DNA from: a virus
IMG/VR virus record: IMGVR_UViG_3300025093_000011
Span: 1 to 64,000 of that record
Reading direction: 5' to 3' (one strand)
Length of the DNA: 64,000 nt
In this document: positions 26,604 to 37,100 of the stretch, piece by piece
Numbering within the stretch: the first letter of the stretch is position 1
Layout of the letters: each line of letters begins with the position of its first letter
Notes under the pieces: model-generated
Databases searched by the model: none
What the model was told of the DNA's origin: nothing
The model's input: the letters and a program-made list of their open reading frames with translations, nothing else
Translations under genes and position numbers: made by a program

Positions 26604-28777
26604 TGTCTGGAGTTCCTTATTATAAAATAATTGATTGTTGTGATAACAGCAGATTTACTTTCATTAATCTAGTTGATGATGGTTCAGGGATATGGGTAGG
26701 TGATGGTCAATACCAATGGACACTTGCTGATACAACTTTAGCTGTATCTGGATTTTTATTAGAACAAAACAAATGTTATACTATAATATTTCAAGGATCT
26801 GTATTTAATTCTTATGATCCTTTAAATGAAGGAGACTTTCTAGCAAAAGAAGGTTGTACTGACCCAGTAGGTGTACCTTGTAAAGATTGTGGAACAACCC
26901 CAGGAGATTATTATTTAAAATTTGTAAACTGTTGTAACCCTGCAGATATTGTATTCTTTAGAGGTGTAGGTATAAATGGAACAATAAGTATTCCAGGAAA
27001 TTCATCTGGTGGAGGTATAACAGGAGTAACTCAAGTTAACATAAATAACTATTTAGGAGTAAACTTATATAACGGTAACAGTATAGATGGTTTATCTAGA
27101 GGAGTTTGTTATACAGGTACATTAGGAAGTGTAACTGATCCAGCTTCTGAAGTAGATTTAGCTACATACAATAGTTTACCATATCCTCCAATAGATGCAG
27201 ATTTTACATTTGTAGATGGAGATGATTGTGAAAAAAAGGATGCAGATGGAAATCCAATATGTCCATCTTGTTCAAAATACCCATGTTATATTCTTACAGA
27301 ATGTTCAGGTATTGAACTTTTAGTTACAGGAAATTATGCAGCATATAATAATACATATGTTGCTTTAGTAGGTTATCCAGGTCAAGTATGGTATGTACAA
27401 GAAGTAGAAGAAGGACCTTGTGATAATGCTAGCTCATCTATAGTAATAGATACGGGAACTCCAGTTGAACCATGTCCTTGCAATTGCTATGAAGTTACTA
27501 ACTATTCTGGAGCAATTAATTATATTGATTGTGATGGTAATACTCAAGTAACTTACTCACCTGCAAAGTTCTGTGCACAAGCTAGACCTCAAATACATGG
27601 TGTAGAAGGTGTTGATTACATATTGAATAATAGAGGACTCTGTATAGAAAAGCTATGCCCTGAGTTATGTTTTGTATTAACAAACTGTTCACCTGATTTA
27701 TATCCATCTCAACAAGCTATTATATACTCTACTTTACAAAGTTTATATGAATATGCTTCTAATGGTGAAGTTGTAACAATTGAAGGTTATGCTGGATGTT
27801 GGACAGTTACTATAGCTGAGGAAGCTTCACTTTGTGATGAATGTACTACAGATATAATAGTTAAAACAACTTTTGCAGACTGTGATGCTTGTGAGGGAAT
27901 AACAGCATACAAACTTCAAAACTGTGAAAAAGCATATGATGTAATTTACACTATGCAAGATTTATCTGCATATGTAGGTAAAGTCATAAAAGATGATTGC
28001 GGATGCTGGGTAGTAGAAGAGATTAATTATCAACCTCCAAGTACAACTACAATAACACCGGTTGCAGAGTTTGAAGGATGTACAGCATGTTTATCAACAT
28101 ACTATTCTTTAACAGATTGTAGTAATCCAGATAAAGTAATTTATACTACTGAAGAATTATCAGGATATACAGATGCAGTAATTAAAATTAAAGATTGTGA
28201 TTTATGTTTTACTGTAGCTAGGTTTGAACCAAGTTTAGAAACTCCTATCAAGGACATACAAAGTGTTGAAGTTGATACTAGATATGAAGATTGTGTAACA
28301 TGTTTAGATCCTACACCAAGATGTTCTAGAGTATTTAATAATACTACAGAAGATCCTAAAGAATTTGCATATATAGATCATGAAGGAAATCCTCAATCAG
28401 TATCAGTAGAATCAGGAAAGTTTTCTTTAAGACTTTGTGTAAAACAATGGACAGTAGATCCAGCAGATACATTCCCATATATCTTTGAATACTTTGGAGA
28501 TTGTAAAGATGGTTTCTGTGTTCAAGTATTTCCAAATAACAGAACAGTAAAACCAGGATATAATACACCAATATGTACAGCTGAAAAGTATGATAAGATT
28601 ACTTGTAAAGCTGCAGATATTGTTTATAAAAAAGTTCTTGAGGCAAGATATGGTATATCTAACTGTTGTCCTGAAGAAGATGAAAAATGGTTAATTAAAA
28701 AAGAATTGATAGAATTGCAAGCATTAACTGACCCATGTTATAAATGTCAAGATGCTTCAGCTTCTTGCAATTGTTAA
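26603..28777 (+). CDS. Cys-rich repeat virion protein (fibre/spike-like)
   Basis: Tandem ~65-aa units of Y.L..C...C(W/F).V...C..C. Confidence 0.6.
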   Translation: MSGVPYYKIIDCCDNSRFTFINLVDDGSGIWVGDGQYQWTLADTTLAVSGFLLEQNKCYTIIFQGSVFNSYDPLNEGDFLAKEGCTDPVGVPCKDCGTTPGDYYLKFVNCCNPADIVFFRGVGINGTISIPGNSSGGGITGVTQVNINNYLGVNLYNGNSIDGLSRGVCYTGTLGSVTDPASEVDLATYNSLPYPPIDADFTFVDGDDCEKKDADGNPICPSCSKYPCYILTECSGIELLVTGNYAAYNNTYVALVGYPGQVWYVQEVEEGPCDNASSSIVIDTGTPVEPCPCNCYEVTNYSGAINYIDCDGNTQVTYSPAKFCAQARPQIHGVEGVDYILNNRGLCIEKLCPELCFVLTNCSPDLYPSQQAIIYSTLQSLYEYASNGEVVTIEGYAGCWTVTIAEEASLCDECTTDIIVKTTFADCDACEGITAYKLQNCEKAYDVIYTMQDLSAYVGKVIKDDCGCWVVEEINYQPPSTTTITPVAEFEGCTACLSTYYSLTDCSNPDKVIYTTEELSGYTDAVIKIKDCDLCFTVARFEPSLETPIKDIQSVEVDTRYEDCVTCLDPTPRCSRVFNNTTEDPKEFAYIDHEGNPQSVSVESGKFSLRLCVKQWTVDPADTFPYIFEYFGDCKDGFCVQVFPNNRTVKPGYNTPICTAEKYDKITCKAADIVYKKVLEARYGISNCCPEEDEKWLIKKELIELQALTDPCYKCQDASASCNC

Positions 28778-28782
28778 TAATA

Positions 28783-28794
28783 ATTTGTATATTA
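28783..28794 (+). promoter_or_regulatory. Putative late promoter ATTTGTATATTA
   Basis: Repeated motif. It supports a start at ATG 28803. Confidence 0.65.
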
Positions 28795-28802
28795 TAATAA
28801 GT

Positions 28803-30431
28803 ATGAAACCTTTAAATTTAGATAATAGCCCCTGTAGTCCAATTTCTTCAAATTGTGTAGTATGGCAAGGACCAGACATTGCTTGCATAAATTTATGTAA
28901 TGGTGATAATGTCTCTGAAGTTGTTAATAAATTAGCAACTGAGCTTTGCACAATTATGGAAACACTTAAGATCAGTAATTATGATCTTACTTGTTTTAAT
29001 TTACAAGCATGTGGACCTGCAGATTTTCAAGCATTGATTCAATTATTAATTAGTAAAATTTGTGAATTAGAGGGTGTTACTCCTGATAATGCAAAAGCTA
29101 CAGAAGATGGATGTCCTGATTGTGTAGTAAGTGTTGCTGAATGTTTTGTTACTGGTACACAAACTACAATGCAATTAACTAACTATGTAACTTTAATAGG
29201 AGAAAGAATTTGTAGTATAATTAATGATATCAGTTTAATAAATACTCAAATTGCTGATATCTTAGTAAGATTAACAGCTATAGAATCAACTCCTGAACCA
29301 ACTTTTACTTTACCAAGATTTACTTTAGGTTGTACAATTGGTGCTTTAACAGGAGATCAATTTATTGATGCAGTTATTCAAGAGTTTGTAAATAATGTAT
29401 GGTGTCCTTTTTATACAGCTACTGGAACAACAGCAGAATTAACTTCTGCAGTAGGTCAAAAATGTATAGGAGATGCAGACACTCAATTAAATACTGGAAC
29501 TCCATTTAGTGCAAATCCTCTATGGGTTCAAAATGCATCATATGGTACAGTAGCAGATGCTATAAATAACTTATGGATTGCTGTTTGTGATGTATTTAAC
29601 TATAATACTTCATCATCAGGTGTAACAGTTGCTGACACAAATACTGTAGATTTAGAAATAACAGCTGGAAATGAATTATCAGCAAAAGTAAAAGATACTG
29701 GTTGGGTTGACTTAGCAGGATTTGAATTTTATTCAGGAACAGCTACTAAACCTCAAGTAAGAAGAGTAGGAAATGTTTTACATTTTAGAGGATATGTTTT
29801 TGTACCACTTGATAATGGTGCAGGAGGTATCCATGGTTTAACTAGCTTTGCTGATTATAATAGTATTGGAACATGTATTCCAGGAACTAGTGGGCCAGGA
29901 GCAGTATCAATTAGTACAGGTGGTGTAATATCATTTAATGCTGGTAGCAGTGTTATTCCTGCTGCAGTTACTGCAAGTCCATTAGATGCTGATTATAGAA
30001 TGCCTTATCCAGCAGTTTTATCAAGACCGATTATAGTTACAGGTTCTGATGGAACTGTTTTAACTGCTGCTTGTAGAATTGGTATAACAAGTGCAGGAGT
30101 TTTATACATTGGATCTTTAAGAGACCAAGAAGAAATTTCAGGTGCTACAGGATTTATTGGTGGATCTCATCTTAGATTTATTACTAGTAATGTAAGATCT
30201 GGAGAGAGTATACCTAATTATATTAATACTGCTACATATATTCATAACTTTCCAGCAGCAGGTGTTAATAACCTAGTTGGAGAAACTGATTTCAGTGGTA
30301 CTGATTATACATGGCCTTTCTCATGTGATGCAGGAGACTCTGGTAACTTAGGAGGATTCTTTGCAACCATAGAAGGACTAACCGCATTTTTAGCTTGTGA
30401 TGCAGATATAGGAGAAGCAAGCTGTTACTAA
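28803..30431 (+). CDS. Tail fibre protein
   Basis: Cys-rich N-terminal anchor, coiled coil, and a DTGWVDL...RRVGNVLHFRG receptor-type C domain. Confidence 0.7.
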   Translation: MKPLNLDNSPCSPISSNCVVWQGPDIACINLCNGDNVSEVVNKLATELCTIMETLKISNYDLTCFNLQACGPADFQALIQLLISKICELEGVTPDNAKATEDGCPDCVVSVAECFVTGTQTTMQLTNYVTLIGERICSIINDISLINTQIADILVRLTAIESTPEPTFTLPRFTLGCTIGALTGDQFIDAVIQEFVNNVWCPFYTATGTTAELTSAVGQKCIGDADTQLNTGTPFSANPLWVQNASYGTVADAINNLWIAVCDVFNYNTSSSGVTVADTNTVDLEITAGNELSAKVKDTGWVDLAGFEFYSGTATKPQVRRVGNVLHFRGYVFVPLDNGAGGIHGLTSFADYNSIGTCIPGTSGPGAVSISTGGVISFNAGSSVIPAAVTASPLDADYRMPYPAVLSRPIIVTGSDGTVLTAACRIGITSAGVLYIGSLRDQEEISGATGFIGGSHLRFITSNVRSGESIPNYINTATYIHNFPAAGVNNLVGETDFSGTDYTWPFSCDAGDSGNLGGFFATIEGLTAFLACDADIGEASCY

Positions 30432-30472
30432 ATAGAAAAATTATATATATATAAATTAAAAATAAAATAAAA

Positions 30473-31735
30473 ATGGCTTGTTCAAATTGTAATAATACCC
30501 AAAATTGTGGATGTTCAAATGGTACTTATACTGTATCAGCAACATGTCCACCTGCTTGTACTGAAGTTTTTAATGCTCAGTGCATTGTCTACACAGGAGT
30601 AGACTTAACTTGTGATGGAGACACTGTAATCTCTAGAAATGATTATTTAGACAGTGTTGTCACAAAACTTGTAAACTATGTATGTAGTAAAGTAGCTCCA
30701 CCCGCTAGTGTAGTTGCTGGTAGTGCATTTATTGATGTAGTACCTACAACAGATCCTGTTACAGATGTAACAACTTATACAGTATCTGTTGATATGGCTG
30801 CAATGGAAATCTGGGTTGCTCCTATTATTACTAATCAAATTCTAGCAAAAGTATTAGCTGGACCTGGAATTGATGTAGCACCTGATGCTGTAGCAGGAAC
30901 AGTAACTGTATCTCATGAAGATACATCTTCTGTAACTGATCTATCTAGTAATAATACAGGTAACTCCTTTATCCAATCTATCAACTTTACTTTTGATACA
31001 TACGGACACGTTACAGGTGCTTCTGCTGTACCAGGTACTGTAACAGGAACAGATAACTTTGGTCAGTTTGATATTACTGATACTGATCCAGGAACATATA
31101 CATGGGATTCTGTAGGTTCTGCAATTGCACTTAATCCATCAGATACATTTACAGTTCTTTCAGGAGAAGGAATTGATGTTGATGTTGATGTAACTGCATT
31201 AGCAATGAGAATTGCATTTACCGGAGTAACAACTGGTGCTGGACTAACTGGTGTTGGTACTGTTGCTGATCCTCTTGTAAACTCATCTCCAAATGTTGTT
31301 CAAGATGTATGGACAAAAATTATTGCTAAAGATGGTACTTCTACTACAGCAGATGATGCTGCAGATGAATTAACTATCACTGGTGGTGCTGCAATTGAAA
31401 CAACAATTGCTGGAGATGTATTAACTATCAATAATGGTGGTGTAACTGAAGCTGTTGCTGGTGATGGTATTTCAGTAAGTGCAGCTGTAGGTTCAGTAAC
31501 AATAACTGCTGATGTACAAAGAGAATTACTTTCAGCTGTTGGCTATACTGCTGGAGATCCTGCACAATCTATCACTCACACTGTTGGTGAGACTTATGTT
31601 CAAGTAAGAGCATTTGATGGTTTAAATGATGTAACAAATGTAGGTGCAGGTGCAATCATAGCTATGGTAAATTCTACAAGTTTTACAATACAACATGCTA
31701 CTAGAAATATAACTGATATATTAGTTATAGGATAA
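30473..31735 (+). CDS. Tail fibre protein
   Basis: N-terminal anchor paralogous to 28803, AG.GI.V fibre repeats and FDTYGHVTG. Confidence 0.7.
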   Translation: MACSNCNNTQNCGCSNGTYTVSATCPPACTEVFNAQCIVYTGVDLTCDGDTVISRNDYLDSVVTKLVNYVCSKVAPPASVVAGSAFIDVVPTTDPVTDVTTYTVSVDMAAMEIWVAPIITNQILAKVLAGPGIDVAPDAVAGTVTVSHEDTSSVTDLSSNNTGNSFIQSINFTFDTYGHVTGASAVPGTVTGTDNFGQFDITDTDPGTYTWDSVGSAIALNPSDTFTVLSGEGIDVDVDVTALAMRIAFTGVTTGAGLTGVGTVADPLVNSSPNVVQDVWTKIIAKDGTSTTADDAADELTITGGAAIETTIAGDVLTINNGGVTEAVAGDGISVSAAVGSVTITADVQRELLSAVGYTAGDPAQSITHTVGETYVQVRAFDGLNDVTNVGAGAIIAMVNSTSFTIQHATRNITDILVIG

Positions 31736-31740
31736 TAAAA

Positions 31741-31812
31741 CTGTCGCAGGTTTGTTGGTTTCTGTGGCTGACAACAGAAAAGGCTCTACACAAGTGGGGC
31801 TTTTTCTTTTTT
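31741..31812 (+). ncRNA. Candidate 3'-UTR small RNA: hairpin with UUUGUUGGUUU loop followed by a terminator
   Basis: Stem GTCGCAG/CTGTGGC with G-U pairs. The loop is the reverse complement of the AAACCAACAAA leader boxes. Confidence 0.5.
31776..31812 (+). terminator. Rho-independent terminator
   Basis: GCTCTAC-ACAA-GTGGGGC-TTTTTCTTTTTT. Confidence 0.8.
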
Positions 31813-31847
31813 TACTATATTTGTTATACTTGTTAATCTCATTAATT

Positions 31848-31859
31848 TTTAGTATATTA
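31848..31859 (+). promoter_or_regulatory. Putative late promoter TTTAGTATATTA
   Basis: Repeated motif. A host-type TATATTTG lies just upstream at 31816. Confidence 0.7.
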
Positions 31860-31869
31860 TTTATATAGT

Positions 31870-32454
31870 ATGGAAGCATTTAAAACACCAAACTTAAAAG
31901 CTCCGAGATTTAGAGCAGATACTTATGAAGTTCTAAATAAAGAGTTCTTTGATAGATTTAGAAAAAAACATCCTCAATATAAAAAAATAGAGGATAAAGA
32001 GTTAAGAAAAATAATTAAAACTTTTAACAAAGGTATTTTTCAAAATGTAATTGATAACAGAAATGGAGTTCAATTACCTGAATCAATTGGCTGGTTGTTC
32101 ATAGGTACATGTCAACCAAGTAAAAAGAAAAATATTGATTTTGCTAAATCTAGAAAGTATGGTGTAAAAGTTGCCAATAAGAACTGGGACAGTGATGGCA
32201 AGCTTGCAAAAATATTCTTTACTAGCCGTGCATTAAAACATAAAATGAAGAACAGAGAGTTTTGGAGTTTTAGTGCATCAAGAGAATTTAAAAGATCAGT
32301 TGCTAAATCATATCCTGAAAATTGGAATATGTATGTAGAGGTTGATCCTAGACAGCAATTGAAAGCTGCATATAAAAGCAAGGAGTCTGGAATACAACTT
32401 AATAAGAAGTATGAAAAGGAAGCCTTAAAAAACTATAATGAATTTGACTTATGA
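31870..32454 (+). CDS. crAss-type IHF/HU-like protein
   Basis: Basic, with GVQLPESIGWLFI. It precedes the ring-muzzle block as in crAss-like phages. Confidence 0.55.
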   Translation: MEAFKTPNLKAPRFRADTYEVLNKEFFDRFRKKHPQYKKIEDKELRKIIKTFNKGIFQNVIDNRNGVQLPESIGWLFIGTCQPSKKKNIDFAKSRKYGVKVANKNWDSDGKLAKIFFTSRALKHKMKNREFWSFSASREFKRSVAKSYPENWNMYVEVDPRQQLKAAYKSKESGIQLNKKYEKEALKNYNEFDL

Positions 32455-33113
32455 CTACAGTAGGGGAATCAATATCTAGAGTAAGAAATACATTAAAAGC
32501 TGTTAAAGAGGATCCCTTTTTAACTGATAGAACTATATACTCATCAATAATAAAGTACGGTCAATCTCTTATGAAGAGAGAAGATAATCAACTTAGATTG
32601 ATGAAAATTAGTAATATATTCAAAGCAATGCCTTATGTTGAACTTATAGAAGTTGATAAAGTTGATGCTGGATGCTATGGAGTTTATTCAGGTTGTTACT
32701 TTAAAAGAACAAAAGAAAAACTTCCTGAACTTCTTACAGGTATACAAGGACCTATTATACGTACAGTGTCTTCAGTAGATGGTTCTATAGAATTATTTAG
32801 AACTGATCCGGGAACATTTTCTTCAATGACAAAGAGTACAACTTTTAAATATAATAAGAAGCAGTACTTCTGGTTTTTAGATGGCTATTTATACTTTCCT
32901 AATCTAGCATGGGATGCAGTTAAGATTGAAGCAATATTTGAAAATGATGTAGAAACATGTGATTCAGATAAATGTCTTATAAAACAAGAACAAGCATTAA
33001 ATATTCCTGATTATTTATTTTCAGAAATAGAACAGTATGTAGTAAAAGAATTAACTATGTCTATACAAGTTCCTACAGATGGAGCTGATGATAGCCAAAA
33101 TACCCTTAGATAA
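32451..33113 (+). CDS. Tail ring (tubular) protein
   Basis: Y.WFLDGYLYFPN...V.IEAIFE, plus synteny. Confidence 0.7.
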   Translation: MTTVGESISRVRNTLKAVKEDPFLTDRTIYSSIIKYGQSLMKREDNQLRLMKISNIFKAMPYVELIEVDKVDAGCYGVYSGCYFKRTKEKLPELLTGIQGPIIRTVSSVDGSIELFRTDPGTFSSMTKSTTFKYNKKQYFWFLDGYLYFPNLAWDAVKIEAIFENDVETCDSDKCLIKQEQALNIPDYLFSEIEQYVVKELTMSIQVPTDGADDSQNTLR

Positions 33114-34189
33114 TGGATTTTAATTATACATTAAGATATAGAACCTTTGATCAACTTCTAGAAGATGTAACAATTGATTTAAACACATTTGCTCTAGAAA
33201 ATATGATAGAGCCTCAGCAGCTAATTAAGCTTGCTAAAAAAATAAACTATGACTTAGGATTAAGAATTAATCAACAGAAGGAAGTTATTCTTGATGTTTG
33301 TCATGGTAAAGTAAAACTACCTGATGATTTTTATACATTTAACTTTGCATACATATGTGGAGATTTTAAAACTTCAGTTGGTTATGATGGATATGCTAGT
33401 GGCACTAACATTCAAGAAGTACCTTATAATGAAGTTCCTGGAAATGTAGATCAATGTGCACCTGCTACAGTTAATTGTAATACTTGTAATGCAGATCCTT
33501 GTAATAAAACTGCAGCATGTACTTCTGCTGTAAGCAGTCCAGCATCAACACCTTGTTGTGATGATAAAGGTAATCAAGGTACATGTTTAGTACCTAATCC
33601 TCAACAACCTTATGGAGATACTTGCATTAAACCAAGAGTTTTTCTTAATTGTAAAAATGAAGCTTATGAATTAATACAAGTAATTAATCCTTCAGAAACT
33701 AGAGTTTTTACAGAACTTTTACCATTAAGAATGAAACCTAGTCAAAATATTGATTGTGGTTGTCCAAATCTTTATTATAATACTATAAATGAAGGTTGGA
33801 TTAAACATGGCTTTTTACACACTTCTTTTAAAGATGGTAAAGTGTATTTAAATTATCAAGGTCAACTTGAAGATGATGATGGAAACTTGTTAGTTCCAGA
33901 TCATGACTTAATTAATGAATATTATGAGTATGCATTAAAATCTAGAATACTTGAGAATCTTTATTTGAATGGAGAAGATGTTGCACAAAGAATGCAACTA
34001 ATAGAACAAAGATTAAAAGCTGCTAGAAACAATGCACTTAGTGTAGTTAATACACCAAATTTTGCAGAAATAAAACAAATATGGGCAGCTAATAGAAAAG
34101 CAATGTATTGGAAATATTATGATATGTTTAAATCTCATTCTCCAACAAGTGGATTTTATGCTGCTCAAAACAGAAGTAGAGTTGTATAG
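33113..34189 (+). CDS. Tail ring (tubular) protein with Cys-rich insertion
   Basis: KVKLPDDF...SFKDGKVYLNY...D.DG..LVPD, plus synteny before the muzzle gene. Confidence 0.7.
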   Translation: MDFNYTLRYRTFDQLLEDVTIDLNTFALENMIEPQQLIKLAKKINYDLGLRINQQKEVILDVCHGKVKLPDDFYTFNFAYICGDFKTSVGYDGYASGTNIQEVPYNEVPGNVDQCAPATVNCNTCNADPCNKTAACTSAVSSPASTPCCDDKGNQGTCLVPNPQQPYGDTCIKPRVFLNCKNEAYELIQVINPSETRVFTELLPLRMKPSQNIDCGCPNLYYNTINEGWIKHGFLHTSFKDGKVYLNYQGQLEDDDGNLLVPDHDLINEYYEYALKSRILENLYLNGEDVAQRMQLIEQRLKAARNNALSVVNTPNFAEIKQIWAANRKAMYWKYYDMFKSHSPTSGFYAAQNRSRVV

Positions 34190-34191
34190 TT

Positions 34192-37100
34192 ATGGCAAAG
34201 AAAAAACAAGGTCCCAATACACCTATAAATTTGGGAGATTCAAATTTAGATGCTTCTAGAACTTTTATAAAAGGTTTAAGTAAAGATACAGATCCTTCAT
34301 TTATAGAAGAGGGAATGTGGACCTATGCTAGAAATGCTGTAAATAATACTAAAGAAGGTGACATAGGTACATTATCTAATGAAGAATCAAATGCTCAATG
34401 TATAACTATTGGTCAAGATATTGGTAGACCTGTTAATCCTGTAATAGTAGGGGCCATTTCTTTATTTGAAAGTAAATGGGTTTTATACACTGCTATCTAT
34501 GATGCACAAGGAGATAACGTAATTACATCTGAGATAGGTTTATTTGAAGAAGACTTTTGTAAATACAGACCGATTGTAAGAGACAAGTGTTTAAACTTTA
34601 GTAAGTTCAATCTTGTAACAGGAGGTTCAAGAGAAAAAGGTGATTGTACATGGCAAGTCTACTGGGCTGATAACTTAAATCCTGATAGATATTTAAATAT
34701 AGGTGATCCTAAGTTATGGCCTGCAGATGACTATTCATGGTTAGGAGGATTAGATGGAAGCAGCACTATTAACTATTATTCTAATGGAGTTAATACACAG
34801 TTTTTATGGCCTGGTGTAGAGTGGCAAAAAGGTCCTAATTCTCAAACTCCAGAACCTTGTTTAGACTTTCCTAATTTAAATAAGCTTAACTGTGATGAAA
34901 TAAGATTAGCAAGCTTAGTTAGAACTCCGTGTGTAGATGTTTCTGTAAGTGATCAACCTGGTCAATTAGATAATGGTTCATATACATTTGCAGTTGCTTA
35001 TACTATAAATAATCAAAAAGCAAGTAGTTACTTTTCATTAACATATGTTCAACCTATATGGAATGAAGTTAATGGAAAAGGTGCTGTAGAAGTAACTATT
35101 GAAAACTTAGATTCAGATCATTTTGATCAATATGTTTTAGCATGTGCTTATGTAGTCAATGGTTCTGCTGTATATAAACAAATTGGTTTCTATTCTATAA
35201 GTACAGAAAAGGTTATATTAGATCAGATAAATGATAGTTTAGTAAACATATCTCCTTCACAATTATTTATACCAGATTATGTTATAGAAAAGTCTGAACA
35301 GATTGTAGAAGCAAATAGATACTTACTAAGAATAGGACCTAGCTTAAGATTTGATTTTAACTATCAACCATTAGCAAACATGATTAATACAGAATGGGTT
35401 TCTGTAGAATATCCTGAAACTTATTATAGAGATGGTGGAAAGAATGCAGGGTACTTAAGAGATGAAGTATATACATTTTTTATAAGATGGATTTATGATA
35501 CAGGAGATAAATCATCTTCTTATCATATACCAGGAAGAGCTCCTTCAACATATGTAGTAAATGGAGTTTCATATCCTGAAGATGGTTCTTACTCAGATAT
35601 TAACACCTTTCCGGGAGAAGATAAATTATTTGAAACTATAAATACTGCTACAGTAACTCCTCAACTTCCTCCTATGGATAATGGAGATGGTGGTAAAGTA
35701 GTAGCATATGGTAAAATGGGATACTGGGAATCAACAGAAATATATCCTGATAATAAACCTGAAATATGGAATTCTAGTTATCACTGCTGGACTAAAAATA
35801 ATGATCCTAACAATGATTTATGTGGTAAACCTATAAGACATCATAAGTTTCCAGATAACAGCTTACATCAAAAAGCTAATCATTTTAATGAAGATTCGGG
35901 ATTATATACTATAAGATTAATGGGTGTAAGATTTAAAAACATAATCTTACCAAAAGACAATGATGGAAATGATATACCTGGTATTGTAGGTTATGAGATA
36001 TTAAGAGGTTCTAGACAAGGTAATAGAAGTGTAGTTGCTAAAGGTATGGTAAATAACTTTAGAGATTATACATTACAAGGAACTAGTGGAGGTAATGATG
36101 CTAAAGTAGGACTTTATGCAAACTATCCTTATAACTCTATTAGACCTGCACTAAATAGTGGTAGCATGGGTGATCATAACTTTGGTTTTAATGATCCTTA
36201 TATATTAAGCAGATCTGGTGAACAACCATTGTTTGCAGGAGATGCTGATCCAAGTCATATAAATCAGACTGTTCCAAGAGATATGCTAAGTTTTCTTTCA
36301 CCTGATACATCTTTTCAGACTCCTTATCTAGGAATGCCTGAATTTAAAGTGTATGGTTACTTAACAGGTGAGGCTGAACAAAGTTTTGTAGAACCTAATG
36401 GACATCCTGAGTTTAAATTATTTAGTGATTCAATTGTTGTTATTGCTTTATTAGGTGGTTTAGTAAATGCTTTATTTCAAGCTGTAGGTACTATACATGT
36501 AAATTATCCAGCAGGATACTTTGAACCTGAGTATGTTGCTACTGGTAAAACTGCTTATCAATGGAATGTAGCAGGTGGACCACCTCTTGCAGGAGGTACA
36601 ACAGATAACATTCCGGGAGCTAAGTTAGAAGGAGAGTTCACTAATGAAACTCAAAGTCAAAATTTAAAAAATACAAGTACTGAGTTTTCTCCTAATGAAC
36701 CAGATGATATAGAAACAAATGTAAGTAAATGGAATGCATTTAATCAGATATTTTTTCCAGGTACTTCAGGTTTATATGGACATAGTGACTTCAATAAAAG
36801 ATTAGTAGATATTTCTCAAAGAACTAGAGATAAAGGTAAATTTTTAGTTAACCCAAATTATGAAAGAAAGTTTACTGCTCCTGATATGTTACCATCATAT
36901 TTACAATTTATGTATTCAACGGCTGGTGCTGCTGCTGGAGTAAATCAATTATTATTTGATTTTTTAGATGGAGCTCAAACTACTACAGACTTATTAACTT
37001 CTATTATAAGAAGTAGACAATACGCATTGGAATTAATTGGACATGGTAACTATAGTGACTTTGTATCACTTCCTTCAAACCAGACTGTAATATCTTCAAG

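Noticed and set aside
4761-31735. Diversity-generating retroelement targeting fibres or adhesin
   Set aside because: No reverse transcriptase and no TR/VR near-duplicate seen in the window.
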